Positions 1 through 9,000 are shown, numbered from the stretch's first letter. The stretch: DNA of 64,000 nt from Dehalococcoidia bacterium (GCA_964291495.2 OZ219871.1:32001-96000); one strand, 5' to 3'. Program-made: numbers and translations. Notes: generated by a model from the sequence alone, not told the origin.

Positions 1-264
1 CACAGCGAAGGCCGGATCGTCGATGGTCAGCGAGTCCGACTGGACGACGACCACCTCGCGGGGCTGTTGCGTGCCGGGGAAGCGCTCCTCGAGGAGCCGC
101 CGGGTGTCTTCCGACTCGAAGCCCGGGGAGAGCCGCAGCTCAGTGGTGGTTGCGCTGTCGAGCAGGTTCACGTTGAGCGCGCCGGCGACGAGCAGCAGTA
201 CGACCCAGGCGCCGATCGTCAGCCACGGTCGTCGAGCGCTGACGCGGGCCAGCAGGTCAGTCAA
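1..264 (-). CDS. MMPL/RND family transporter, N-terminal part (runs off the window start)
   Basis: Not in the ORF track. Manual translation from TTG at 264 gives MTDLLARVSARRPWLTIGAWVVLLLVAGAL...ESEDTRRLLEERFPG...VVVVQSDSLTIDDPAF, typical of an MMPL N-terminus; GAGGG SD upstream. Confidence 0.75.
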   Translation of the reverse strand, partial: MTDLLARVSARRPWLTIGAWVVLLLVAGALNVNLLDSATTTELRLSPGFESEDTRRLLEERFPGTQQPREVVVVQSDSLTIDDPAFAV

Positions 265-383
265 GGCTCAGCCCTCTCGGAACTGCACAGCTGGGGTCTG
301 GTCACGGGTCCGCATGGTACCGGGGAGCCTTGAGGGTCGTCACGTGGCTCCGCGGCTCGCACTCAACGCGCTGTAAGAAGAGA

Positions 384-580
384 CCTCGGGCATCGAGGGT
401 TAACGCGAAACCGCGCACTCCCGGTTGCCCGGATGTGCGCGGTCTCTCGCCTCGCTGGATTCCGCTGTTCCCCGGAGCCTCCAGCGGATTTTGGCTCCTG
501 GGACACCCCCGCTCGGCTGATGAAGAGACTAGGGGATCCCGAGGCGGTTGTGGGTGGATTTCGGCCCCACTTAATCACAA
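384..580. ncRNA. Candidate structured RNA or leader of unknown family upstream of the MMPL gene
   Basis: Closing helix CCTCGGG(384-390)/CCCGAGG(538-544); long hairpin ~408-445; H-type pseudoknot 461-467/482-488 with 471-479/493-502; extra hairpin ~548-581. No known riboswitch consensus recognised. Confidence 0.4.
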
Positions 581-641
581 CTCGTGCGCATTACATCCAC
601 CATCGTCCACAAACCGCGCCGCGAAGGGCCTGGGCGCGCGA

Positions 642-1997
642 TCAGGCGCTCGCCCGCCCCGCCGCAGCCGTCTCTTCCTCCAGGTACGGCATGATCGCTT
701 CCATCAGGTCGGTCCGTGAGTCCAGCGTGCGGCCGATCCCCGACAGCAGCCCCATCACCCTCGCGATCAGCACCACGTCGCCGGGCACCTCGACCAGCGG
801 GTTCGCGCGGAGCACACGACCGAGCCGCACGTTGACCTCGGCGAAGAGCCGCTGATCGGCGTACGCCTGGCCGGAGCGCAGCACCTCGCCGAGGAACGCC
901 TCGCCCAGCTCGTAGTAGGTCTCCTCGTCGCGCACACGCGTGCGGAAGCCCATGTCCTCCATCGCCGAGGACACCTCGGCGCGATGCTGCGCGATGATCG
1001 CGCTGGTCAGCACCACCACCTGCTGCCGGAACTCGTCCGGCAGCCGTTTCGTCAGCCCGAAGTCGACGAGCCCGATGCGGTCCGGCAGACCTTCCTCCGA
1101 GGGCAGCACGAAGAGGTTGCCCGGGTGCGGGTCGGCGTGGAACATGCCGCGCCGCAGGATCATCACGTTGTAGATGTCGATCAGCGAGTCCGCGACCTGC
1201 CTCGCATCGACGCCCGCCTCGTGCAGCGCCTCGACGTTCGTGATCTTGATGCCGTCGAGGTAGTCCATCGTCAGCACGCGAAGGCTGGAACGCTCCCAGT
1301 AGATACGCGGGACCACCACATCCTCGCGGTGATCCAGGAGCGCGGCGATCTCCTCGGCGGCTCGGCCCTCGTGCACGAAGTCGATCTCGTCAGGCGCGTT
1401 GCGCTGCATCTCGGCGGCGATCGGGCGGAAGTCGATCACCGTCTCGATACGCGCCCAGATCGCCGTCAGCCAGCCGATCGTCTCGAGGTCCCAGTGCACG
1501 ATCCGCTCGATGCCGGGGTACTGCACCTTGACCGCGACGTCCGTGCCGTCGTGCAGCCTCGCGCGATGGACCTGCGCGAGCGAGGCCGCGGCGACGGCCA
1601 CCGTGTCGAACTCGGCGAACAGCTCCTCGACGGGTCCACCCAGCTCCTGCTCGACCAGCGGCCGCAGCTCCTCCCAGGGCCGCGGGGGGACCGCGTCGTG
1701 CAGCAGCGAGAGCGTCTCGACGTACTCCTCGCGCAGGATGTCGGCGCGGCTGCCGAGGAACTGCATCGCCTTGATGATCAGCCCCTGCTGGCGGATCGAG
1801 CGGCGCACCATGGCGCGAGCAGCGGCGAGGTGGAAGCGCTCGGTCGCCTCGGGAAGCTCGGAGCGCAGCAGGCGGCGCCTCAGCCTGAGCCAGCGCCAGC
1901 GCAGCCAGAGCAGCACCACGGTCGTCGCCATCGGCGCGAAGCGCCGCCAGCGGCCGGAGGGCGGGCGCGGCGGATCGCCGTCGCGAAGGTGGCTCAT
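642..1997 (-). CDS. ABC1/UbiB (AarF) family atypical kinase
   Basis: Motifs AAASLAQVHRA, VAVKVQYPG, FHADPHPGN, DFG. Confidence 0.92.
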   Translation of the reverse strand: MSHLRDGDPPRPPSGRWRRFAPMATTVVLLWLRWRWLRLRRRLLRSELPEATERFHLAAARAMVRRSIRQQGLIIKAMQFLGSRADILREEYVETLSLLHDAVPPRPWEELRPLVEQELGGPVEELFAEFDTVAVAAASLAQVHRARLHDGTDVAVKVQYPGIERIVHWDLETIGWLTAIWARIETVIDFRPIAAEMQRNAPDEIDFVHEGRAAEEIAALLDHREDVVVPRIYWERSSLRVLTMDYLDGIKITNVEALHEAGVDARQVADSLIDIYNVMILRRGMFHADPHPGNLFVLPSEEGLPDRIGLVDFGLTKRLPDEFRQQVVVLTSAIIAQHRAEVSSAMEDMGFRTRVRDEETYYELGEAFLGEVLRSGQAYADQRLFAEVNVRLGRVLRANPLVEVPGDVVLIARVMGLLSGIGRTLDSRTDLMEAIMPYLEEETAAAGRASA

Positions 1998-2044
1998 CGC
2001 GCCTCCGGGGTGCGCACGCCGCTCACTGCGGTACGATCCGATCC

Positions 2045-3247
2045 ATGGCGGTCTTCAATCCGTTCCTGCCCTCGTTCCAGGCCGATCCGTATCCCCAGTA
2101 CGCCGCGCTGCGCGCCGCCGACCCCGTGCACTACAGCCTCGCGCTCCAAGCCTGGGTGCTGACCGCCTACGAGGACTGCGCGCTGGTCCTGCGCGACGAC
2201 GAGACCTTCTCCTCGAGCTCCAACACGGCCTCGGGGCAGCTGGCGGAGGTGCTGCAGCAGCAGCGTCGCGAGTTTCCACTGGGCGAGACGCCGACCGTCC
2301 TCAACTCCGACCCGCCCGTGCACACCCGCCTCCGCGGCCTGCTCAATCGCGCCTTCACCCCGCGCGCCATCGAGGGCCTGCGCCCGCGCATCGAGGAGAT
2401 TGCCGCCTCGCTGCTGGACGACGTCGACGCCTCGAACGGGCGCTTCGACGTCGCCCGCGGCTTCGCGCAACCCCTCCCGATCATCGTAATCGCGGAGCTG
2501 CTGGGCGTCCCGCCCGAGGATCGCGACCGCTTCAAGCGCTGGTCCGTCGCGATCGCGCGCACCACGGACGTGCTCAACACGCCCGCCATCCTCGACGCCG
2601 CGCGCGAGGCCACCCGCGAGCTGATCGCCTATATGGACGAGGTGGTGGCGCAGCGCCGCCGCGCCCCGGGCGCCGACATCCTCACGGCCCTCGCCGCGGC
2701 CGAGGAGGAGGGCGAGCGCCTCTCGCACGACGAGTTGCTCGCCTTCTCGATCCTCTTGCTGCTCGCCGGGCACGAGACCACCACCAACCTGATCGGCAAC
2801 GGTCTGCTCGCCCTTGCCGCACGTCCGGAGCTGGTCGCGAGGCTGCGCGCCGAGCCTTCGCTGCTGCCCTCGGCGGTCGAGGAGCTGCTGCGCTACGACA
2901 GCAGCGTGCAGGGCGTCGTGCGCTTCGCGCGGCGGCGCACGGAGCTGGGCGGCCGCACGATCGAGCAGGGCGCGGCGCTACTGCCGATGGTCGGCGCCGC
3001 CAACCGCGACCCGGCGCAGTTCAGCGAGCCGGACGAGCTCGACCTCGCCCGCTCGCCGAACCGCCACCTCGCGTTCGGGCGCGGGATCCACTTCTGCCTC
3101 GGCGCCCCGCTCTCCCGCCTCGAGGGCGAGATCGCCTTCGGCGCGCTGCTCGATCGCTTCCCGCAGCTGCGCGTCGCCGAGGACGGCGTGGAGCGCAGCG
3201 GCACGCTGCTGCTGCGCGGCGTCGGCCGGCTCGAGCTGGAGGTCTGA
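2045..3247 (+). CDS. Cytochrome P450
   Basis: I-helix AGHETT, ExxR (EELLR), heme motif FGRGIHFCLG. Confidence 0.96.
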   Translation: MAVFNPFLPSFQADPYPQYAALRAADPVHYSLALQAWVLTAYEDCALVLRDDETFSSSSNTASGQLAEVLQQQRREFPLGETPTVLNSDPPVHTRLRGLLNRAFTPRAIEGLRPRIEEIAASLLDDVDASNGRFDVARGFAQPLPIIVIAELLGVPPEDRDRFKRWSVAIARTTDVLNTPAILDAAREATRELIAYMDEVVAQRRRAPGADILTALAAAEEEGERLSHDELLAFSILLLLAGHETTTNLIGNGLLALAARPELVARLRAEPSLLPSAVEELLRYDSSVQGVVRFARRRTELGGRTIEQGAALLPMVGAANRDPAQFSEPDELDLARSPNRHLAFGRGIHFCLGAPLSRLEGEIAFGALLDRFPQLRVAEDGVERSGTLLLRGVGRLELEV

Positions 3248-3288
3248 GCCGTGCAGGAACGGCCAGGCGCTGTGGCAGAATGCGCGCC

Positions 3289-3654
3289 ATGAGCGAGACG
3301 ACGGGCTACGACAGCAGCAACGTCTTCGCGCGCATCCTGCGCGACGAGATCCCGAGCGACCGCGTCTACGAGGACGACGAGTTCATCGCCTTCCGCGACA
3401 TCAACCCCGCCGCGCCCACGCACATCGTGCTGATCCCGCGCGGCGAGCCGCCTGCCGGCCCCGGCGGCCTCGATGACGGCGACGCCGGCTGGGCGGGCCG
3501 GATGCTGGTCGTCGCCTCGCGGATCGCGGCGGAGCAGGGGCTGGCGGCGAACGGCTACCGGCTGGTGCTCAACAACGGGCGCGACGCCGGTCAGGAAGTG
3601 CCGCACATCCACATGCACATCCTCGGCGGCGGCCCGCTTGGCCCGATCGCCTGA
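3289..3654 (+). CDS. Histidine triad (HIT/HinT) nucleotide-binding protein
   Basis: C-terminal part of ORF 1399..3654: VFARIL...AFRDINPAAPTH...GQEVPHIHMHILGG; ATG at 3289. Confidence 0.92.
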   Translation: MSETTGYDSSNVFARILRDEIPSDRVYEDDEFIAFRDINPAAPTHIVLIPRGEPPAGPGGLDDGDAGWAGRMLVVASRIAAEQGLAANGYRLVLNNGRDAGQEVPHIHMHILGGGPLGPIA

Positions 3655-3732
3655 GGCCGCGCGCAGCGAGGCGCCATCGCGGGCTCCGGGCGCAAGCGAA
3701 GGGCGCGCGTGTACCCTAGTGCGGCCGCGCGG

Positions 3733-3809
3733 GGGCCCGTAGCTCAGCGGCCTAGAGCAGTCGGCTCATAACCGATCGGTCCCAGGTTCGAATCCTGGCG
3801 GGCCCACCA
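3733..3809 (+). tRNA. tRNA with CAT anticodon, most likely tRNA-Ile2 (lysidine-modified)
   Basis: GGGCCCG/CGGGCCC acceptor stem, TAGCTCAG D-arm, CTCATAA anticodon loop, GGTTCGAATCC T-arm, encoded ACCA. G1-C72 pair excludes initiator; C4/C5 in the acceptor and CTCATAA loop resemble Ile2. Confidence 0.93.
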
Positions 3810-3935
3810 ACACGTACGGAACTCATAGCTCCGCCTGAGAGAGCCACGCCGCCCGGGTGCACGGCTTCCGACGGGCCGGACCGCGCCACCTTCCCCGCCC
3901 GGCGACCCGCGCACGCGCCACCCGGTGCCGCATCG

Positions 3936-3969
3936 CCTTATTGACACTCTGTATCAATAAGGCCATGCT
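3936..3969 (+). promoter_or_regulatory. Fur/Zur-like operator palindrome overlapping a sigma70-type promoter
   Basis: CCTTATTGACAC-TCT-GTATCAATAAGG (12-bp arms, one mismatch); TTGACA (3941-3946)-N17-CATGCT (3964-3969). Confidence 0.7.
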
Positions 3970-4005
3970 CGACGGTCACGAGCAAGAACTCGGGAGGAAC
4001 GTCGC

Positions 4006-5172
4006 GTGAGCAAGAAAAGCAGACTACGGCGGCGGGAGCAGGCCCCGAAGCGGTCGCGCCTCCACCAGGTCGCGATCGTGGGCGCGGGACCGGCCGGACT
4101 TGGCTGCGCGGTTGCCCTCAAGGAGTTTGGCGTCCGCGACATCACCATCCTCGATCGCCATGAGGTCGGCGCCTCCTTCCGGCGCTGGCCGCAAGAGATG
4201 CGCTTCATCACGCCGTCGTTCACTGCGAACGCGTTCGGGTTGCTCGACCTCAATGCGATCGTCCCCAACACGTCGCCCGCCTACACGCTCGACCGCGAAC
4301 ACCCCAGCGGGATCGCCTACGCGCAGTACCTCGACAACATCGTTCACCACTTCGCGCTCCAGGTGAAGTCCGGCATCGATGTCTGCGCCGTCACGGTCGA
4401 GGATGACGGAACGTTCACGCTCACGACGACCGACCGCCCGGTGCGGGCGCGGCACTTGATCTGGGCGGCCGGGGAGTTCCAGTACCCGGACCGCGACCCG
4501 TTCGCGGGCGCGGAATCCTGCTGCCACTCCTCCGAGGTCCGCACCTGGCAGGACCTCGAGGGTGACCGTTTCACGGTGATCGGCGGCTACGAGAGCGCCG
4601 CGGACGCGGCCGTCTCGCTGGTGCAGCTGGGGAAGAACGTGACCGTGCTGGCGCGATATGCGACGTGGAAGCGAGAAGACCCGGACCCCAGCATCTCCCT
4701 CTCCCCGTTCTCCCGCGAGCGCCTGGAATGGGCCGATTCCGTGGGGGCGCTGGACCTCGTCGCCGATGTCGACATCACGTCAGTGCGCGTGGACGGTGAC
4801 ACGTGGGTCGCCCAGGCCTCGGACGGCCGCGAGTGGGCGAGCGAGACACGTCCGATCCTGGCCACCGGCTTTAGGGGATCGCTCAAGCCCCTCGACGGCC
4901 TGATTGAGTACGGCGAGGGCGGCGCCCCCGTCGTCACGGAAGAGGCCGACGAGTCCACGCTTGTGCCGGGCCTGTTCATCTCCGGCCCCGCACTCGAGCA
5001 CCGGGGCGTGAACTTCTGCTTCATTTACAAGTTCCGCCAGCGCTTCGCCATCGTCGCCGATGCAATCGCACAGCGCCTCGGAAGGGACACCACGGAAGCC
5101 GTTGAGGCCCACCGAGCGGCGGGGATGTACCTGGACGACCTCTCGTGCTGCGTGGAGTCCTGTGCGTGCTGA
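4006..5172 (+). CDS. NAD(P)/FAD-dependent oxidoreductase with Cys-rich C-terminus
   Basis: GAGPAG Rossmann motif, second GGYES motif, LATGF, FCFIYKFRQRF, C-terminal DDLSCCVESCAC. Confidence 0.88.
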   Translation: MSKKSRLRRREQAPKRSRLHQVAIVGAGPAGLGCAVALKEFGVRDITILDRHEVGASFRRWPQEMRFITPSFTANAFGLLDLNAIVPNTSPAYTLDREHPSGIAYAQYLDNIVHHFALQVKSGIDVCAVTVEDDGTFTLTTTDRPVRARHLIWAAGEFQYPDRDPFAGAESCCHSSEVRTWQDLEGDRFTVIGGYESAADAAVSLVQLGKNVTVLARYATWKREDPDPSISLSPFSRERLEWADSVGALDLVADVDITSVRVDGDTWVAQASDGREWASETRPILATGFRGSLKPLDGLIEYGEGGAPVVTEEADESTLVPGLFISGPALEHRGVNFCFIYKFRQRFAIVADAIAQRLGRDTTEAVEAHRAAGMYLDDLSCCVESCAC

Positions 5173-5191
5173 CCGATCTGACATCGCTGTC

Positions 5192-6397
5192 ATGGCGCCT
5201 CCCGCCACGTCGCTCCCCGGACGTGCGAGCGGTGGCAGGTCCGTGCCGATTCGTGCCATAGCGGGGCAGCTTGCGAAGAGCGGGAGCTTCCGCCGGCGCG
5301 GACTCCTCGACCACGCGGTCGCAGGTCCGGCGACAGCGGCCGTCCTCCTGATCCTTCCCGCTCTACTCGCGGTGCTCGGCGCGAACCAGGCCGCCGCCTG
5401 GCTTGATCCGCTGGCCGTGGCGGGCACGACACCCCTGGTCGAGCGGATCGAGGGCTGGCCGGGACTGCTCGGCGCGGTGCTCGCCGGTGACTACGGACTG
5501 CTCACGATGGGGCCGCTGCTGTTCGTCTGGGCGGTCCCGACTGTGCTGGTCTACTCGGCGCTGATCAGCGTCTACAAGGCGAGCGGCCTCGCCGACCGCA
5601 TCGGGACGGCGCTCCACCCCCTGTTGCGGCCGGTCGGCCTGCACGGGCGCGACGTGACACGGGTGCTGATGGGCTTCGGCTGCAACGTCCCGGCAATCGT
5701 CGCGACCCGCTCCTGCGCTGCCTGCACCCGGCCGACGACCGTCGGGGCGATCTCCTTCGGATCCGCCTGCTCGTACCAGCTCGGCGCGACGCTCGCGGTG
5801 TTCGCCGCTGCTGGCAAGAGCGGTCTCGTTGTGCCGTACCTGGCGCTGCTCGTGGGGGCGACGCTCGTCTACACGCGCCTCATCAGTCAGCCTGCCGCGC
5901 GCTCGCCACTCAACACGCTGCTCATCGAGCCGCGCACCGTCCTCACCTGGCCGTCCTTCGCGGCAGTAGGGGTGGAGGCACGAGGGACGGTCTGGGCGTT
6001 CTTCCGCACGGCGCTCCCGACCTTCTTCGCGATCGCCATGGTTGCCTCGCTCCTCGACTGGTCGGGCGTGCTCGATGCAGCGGGGGGCTTGCTGGCGCCG
6101 GCGATGGCCGTGTTCGCACTGCCGGCGGACGCGGCAATGCCGACCGTGCTCGCCGCTGTCCGCAAGGACGGCATCCTGCTCCTGGCGGAGGCCGGCACCG
6201 TCGCCTCGTTGAGCGCGGCCCAGCTGCTGGTTGCAGTATTCCTCGCCGGAACGGTGCTGCCATGCCTGGTCACCGCGATCACGATTGGACGCGAGCTCGG
6301 GCTACGGTTCGCGGGCAGGCTCGTCGTGAAGCAGTCTGCCTTCGCGGTCACGGTCGCCGCAGCCGTCGGTTGGGCCTCGGCCGCGCTCGGTGGGTGA
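5192..6397 (+). CDS. FeoB-like membrane (Gate/nucleoside-recognition) domain protein without a GTPase domain; start uncertain
   Basis: FeoB gate motif LMGFGCNVPA, C-terminal PCLVT motif, many TM helices; no P-loop upstream. Confidence 0.75.
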   Translation: MAPPATSLPGRASGGRSVPIRAIAGQLAKSGSFRRRGLLDHAVAGPATAAVLLILPALLAVLGANQAAAWLDPLAVAGTTPLVERIEGWPGLLGAVLAGDYGLLTMGPLLFVWAVPTVLVYSALISVYKASGLADRIGTALHPLLRPVGLHGRDVTRVLMGFGCNVPAIVATRSCAACTRPTTVGAISFGSACSYQLGATLAVFAAAGKSGLVVPYLALLVGATLVYTRLISQPAARSPLNTLLIEPRTVLTWPSFAAVGVEARGTVWAFFRTALPTFFAIAMVASLLDWSGVLDAAGGLLAPAMAVFALPADAAMPTVLAAVRKDGILLLAEAGTVASLSAAQLLVAVFLAGTVLPCLVTAITIGRELGLRFAGRLVVKQSAFAVTVAAAVGWASAALGG

Positions 6398-6438
6398 CGG
6401 TCCACGTCCGGCTGCGGGGAAGCTGCACCGCGACAACG

Positions 6439-6458
6439 GCAGTACAGTACGTGCAGGC
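6439..6458 (+). repeat. 20-bp intergenic direct repeat, copy 1
   Basis: GCAGTACAGTACGTGCAGGC; 19/20 identical to 10427-10446. Confidence 0.7.
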
Positions 6459-6488
6459 CCACCAGGAGCAATTGACTCGAGCACAAGA

Positions 6489-6602
6489 GTGAAGAAGTAC
6501 ATTCTCTTTGACCACGATGGGGTCCTGGTCGAAACAGAACCCTGGTACTACCTGGCGAACCAACGAGCGCTGGCTTCTCTTGGGATTGATCTCCCCCGAG
6601 AC
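6489..6602 (+). pseudogene. Truncated HAD-family phosphatase (N-terminal remnant)
   Basis: VKKYILFDHDGVLVETEPWYYLANQRALASLGIDL contains HAD motif I (DxDG), then the frame degenerates into the 3' end of the opposite-strand gene. Confidence 0.7.
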
Positions 6603-6651
6603 AATCGCGCCGCGGGGCAGGCGTCACAACGGTCATCAACCTCGCAGCCGC

Positions 6652-8442
6652 CTAGAACAACCCCTCGAGGTTCTCGCGGAGGTTCCGCCACCAGTCCCGG
6701 TCCGACCCACGATCCGGGACGAACTCGACCGCGTACGTCCCGTCCTCCTCCACTCTGAGCCACCCGCCCAGGGTCACCACGCGGCCCAGAGCGAGTCCTC
6801 CGAGGACCTCCGAGGGGTCGCGCACGCTCACCCGTTGCACGTACTCCTCCCGGTCCACGTCGAGCAGCAGCTCGCCGGCGTCCCGGGAGACGAGCGTGCC
6901 GCGGACCCGCACGCACTGATCGCGGAACAGATCGCCGGCGACCGCGATCTGCGCGGGCGTCGGGATGGGGGGAGACTCGAGCGGACACGGCTTGTCGCGA
7001 GGCGAGACCACGTCGAGGCTGAACAGGACGAGCAGGACCAGCGTCCCGATGGCCACGATGCCGGCCACCCAGGTGAGGCACCCGCGGAGGCACCCGCCGC
7101 CCTTCCCCTCCTGGACCGGCCCCTCCCACCACTGCGTCGGGTAGTCCGTGGGTGGCGCGCCCGCCTGGGCTGCCGGAGGACTGCCCGGCGTCTCCGACTC
7201 ACGCAGCAGCTCCTCGACCTCGAAGCCGGTTTCGCGGCGCGCGGCCGGCTCCGTATCCGGCGCCTGCAACTCGAACAGCCCGATTTCTTCAGTCTCGTCG
7301 GCTCTGCCGCGCTGCGCGGCCGGCTCGGTATCCGGCGACTCCAGATCGAGGAGCTCGAGCTCCAGTTCGTAACCCGACTCCGCGGCTGCTTTCGCCGCAT
7401 CGCCCGACCCTCCGGGAAGGCCCCACCACAGCGCGTGCATGAAGGCGCGATAGGCCGCGTCGAGTTCGGGACCTCTTAGCGAGGATGCCTCGTCGGACCT
7501 GAACCAGCGTGGAGCGGAGGCCGTCACGTCGAGCCACTGCTGGGCCTCACCCAGCGCGACGGCGTACGGCAGCATCGGATCGGATTGGTCCCGACCGCCC
7601 GTCGGCTCAGATCGGGCCTGACCCCCCAGCGCCTCTACCAGACCGAGCCACTGACCAATCTCACGCGCTCCGGCCGGCGTTGGCGTCAGCATGCCCGTCC
7701 GTACCTCCGGCGCCATCCCCAGGTAGACGAGGCCCGAGAACGCGCCGATCAGGGCGCTCGCCCACCACTGGTCCAGCCAGAGCGCCGTCCACAGCCCGGT
7801 CCCGACGCCCATCAGGATCCCGGCGAGCAGGCCCCATCCGGCCGCGTCCTCGTCGTTTTCCCTCCTGACTCGTACCGGGTTGTCATGGAACAGGCCGCGT
7901 TGCTGCAGGTAGTCGCCAATCTGGTCGCCGATGGTGTCCCTGTGCCTGGTTATCCGTTCATCCAGCGCATCGATCGTCGTAGCACCCCTCGGCAGGGTGT
8001 CGCAGATCGTTCGCTCCCAGTCGTACCCCGTCGGGCCTTGCCGGGACAGCCGGTAGAGGTAGCCGACCGGTGTTCCGACGGCGTCGATTTGCAGCGTGCC
8101 GCGCTGGCACATCTCGACGATGGAGGCCAGGATCGTCGGGCTCCAGATCATGTGGCCCTGCAGCGCGGATACCGCCGCCGCGGGCATGGAACCGGACGGC
8201 AAAGTCATCGAGGACCACGGGATCGCCGGCGGAGGCCGGTACTTGGGCCACAGCCACAGCACGATGATGAGCAGTTGCGCCGCGACTATGCCGATCGTTC
8301 GGAAGCCCCATGCGACCAGCTGCTGCCAGTCCATCCCGCGATGGTCGGGGAAGCCGCTCTCGGCTATGACCCCGCCCGGATCCATCGCGAGCAGCAACCC
8401 GACTGTGGCGAGGGCTGCCACCGCTACCAGCAGACTGCCCAT
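6652..8442 (-). CDS. DUF2207-like membrane protein with acidic repeat linker and a C-terminal OB-fold-like domain
   Basis: TM segments; ASIVEMCQRG and LPYAVALG motifs as in DUF2207 C-terminal regions; duplicated PDTEPAAxR. Confidence 0.6.
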   Translation of the reverse strand: MGSLLVAVAALATVGLLLAMDPGGVIAESGFPDHRGMDWQQLVAWGFRTIGIVAAQLLIIVLWLWPKYRPPPAIPWSSMTLPSGSMPAAAVSALQGHMIWSPTILASIVEMCQRGTLQIDAVGTPVGYLYRLSRQGPTGYDWERTICDTLPRGATTIDALDERITRHRDTIGDQIGDYLQQRGLFHDNPVRVRRENDEDAAGWGLLAGILMGVGTGLWTALWLDQWWASALIGAFSGLVYLGMAPEVRTGMLTPTPAGAREIGQWLGLVEALGGQARSEPTGGRDQSDPMLPYAVALGEAQQWLDVTASAPRWFRSDEASSLRGPELDAAYRAFMHALWWGLPGGSGDAAKAAAESGYELELELLDLESPDTEPAAQRGRADETEEIGLFELQAPDTEPAARRETGFEVEELLRESETPGSPPAAQAGAPPTDYPTQWWEGPVQEGKGGGCLRGCLTWVAGIVAIGTLVLLVLFSLDVVSPRDKPCPLESPPIPTPAQIAVAGDLFRDQCVRVRGTLVSRDAGELLLDVDREEYVQRVSVRDPSEVLGGLALGRVVTLGGWLRVEEDGTYAVEFVPDRGSDRDWWRNLRENLEGLF

Positions 8443-8796
8443 GGAATCACCTTGCTTCTCGGGTCTTGCTGCCTCAGGGTCTCGGCCGGACAACCGTCGG
8501 TCGTGCCGCTCTCAGCGAGCAGCGTTCGCCACGCGACACGCGCGCCCGGCGGTGTCCGAGGCGATCCCCCAGGGGCAGAGCATAGCGGCGTGGGCGTCCG
8601 GCGCGGCGACCCCGACGTCGCTGGCCTGTCTCCCCCCAGCGGGCGGGCCGAGCTACGGCGGTCCGGGGCTTCATGGCACCGGCCGAGTCACCTGTCGAAC
8701 GCGCCGAGGTGGTGAGGGCCGCGGGGCGCGCCGCTATGCTGCGCCGCGTCGCCGCGCGAATCGCTTTGCGGCCACGTACACGGGAGGGGGGGCCCG

Positions 8797-9000
8797 ATGC
8801 CCGTACCAGACAACGTCGAAGCGACGGTCCGCGCGCTCGTCGACGCGGCGGGACTGCCCGTCAGCGACGAGGAATTCCGGTCGCTCGTCGACGGCTATCC
8901 GACGCTCCGCGAGCTGACCGACCGGCTCTACATCGAGGAGGTCCGCTACGAGGAGCCCGCGCTGATCTTCACGCCCGTCCCGCCGGCGAAGGGTGAGTGA
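8797..9000 (+). CDS. Small amidase partner protein (AtzG/GatC-like)
   Basis: 67 aa, GGAGG SD, ends EEPALIFTP, overlaps the amidase start. Confidence 0.65.
   Translation: MPVPDNVEATVRALVDAAGLPVSDEEFRSLVDGYPTLRELTDRLYIEEVRYEEPALIFTPVPPAKGE

Noticed and set aside
400-530. Hammerhead ribozyme (GAAAC-stem-GTC at 407-444 and CTGATGA at 517-523)
   Set aside because: Stem III forms, but stems I and II do not pair around the core.
384-544. Retron msr-msd (terminal inverted repeats plus a long hairpin)
   Set aside because: No reverse transcriptase gene in the window; the neighbours are MMPL and ABC1 kinase.
5160-5185. Selenocysteine read-through after the Cys-rich tail
   Set aside because: A second in-frame TGA follows within three codons and no SECIS-like hairpin is evident.
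3801-6464. Integrative element bounded by a tRNA 3'-end duplication (GGCCCACCA)
   Set aside because: Only a 9-bp GC-rich match and no integrase; too weak to call as a feature.
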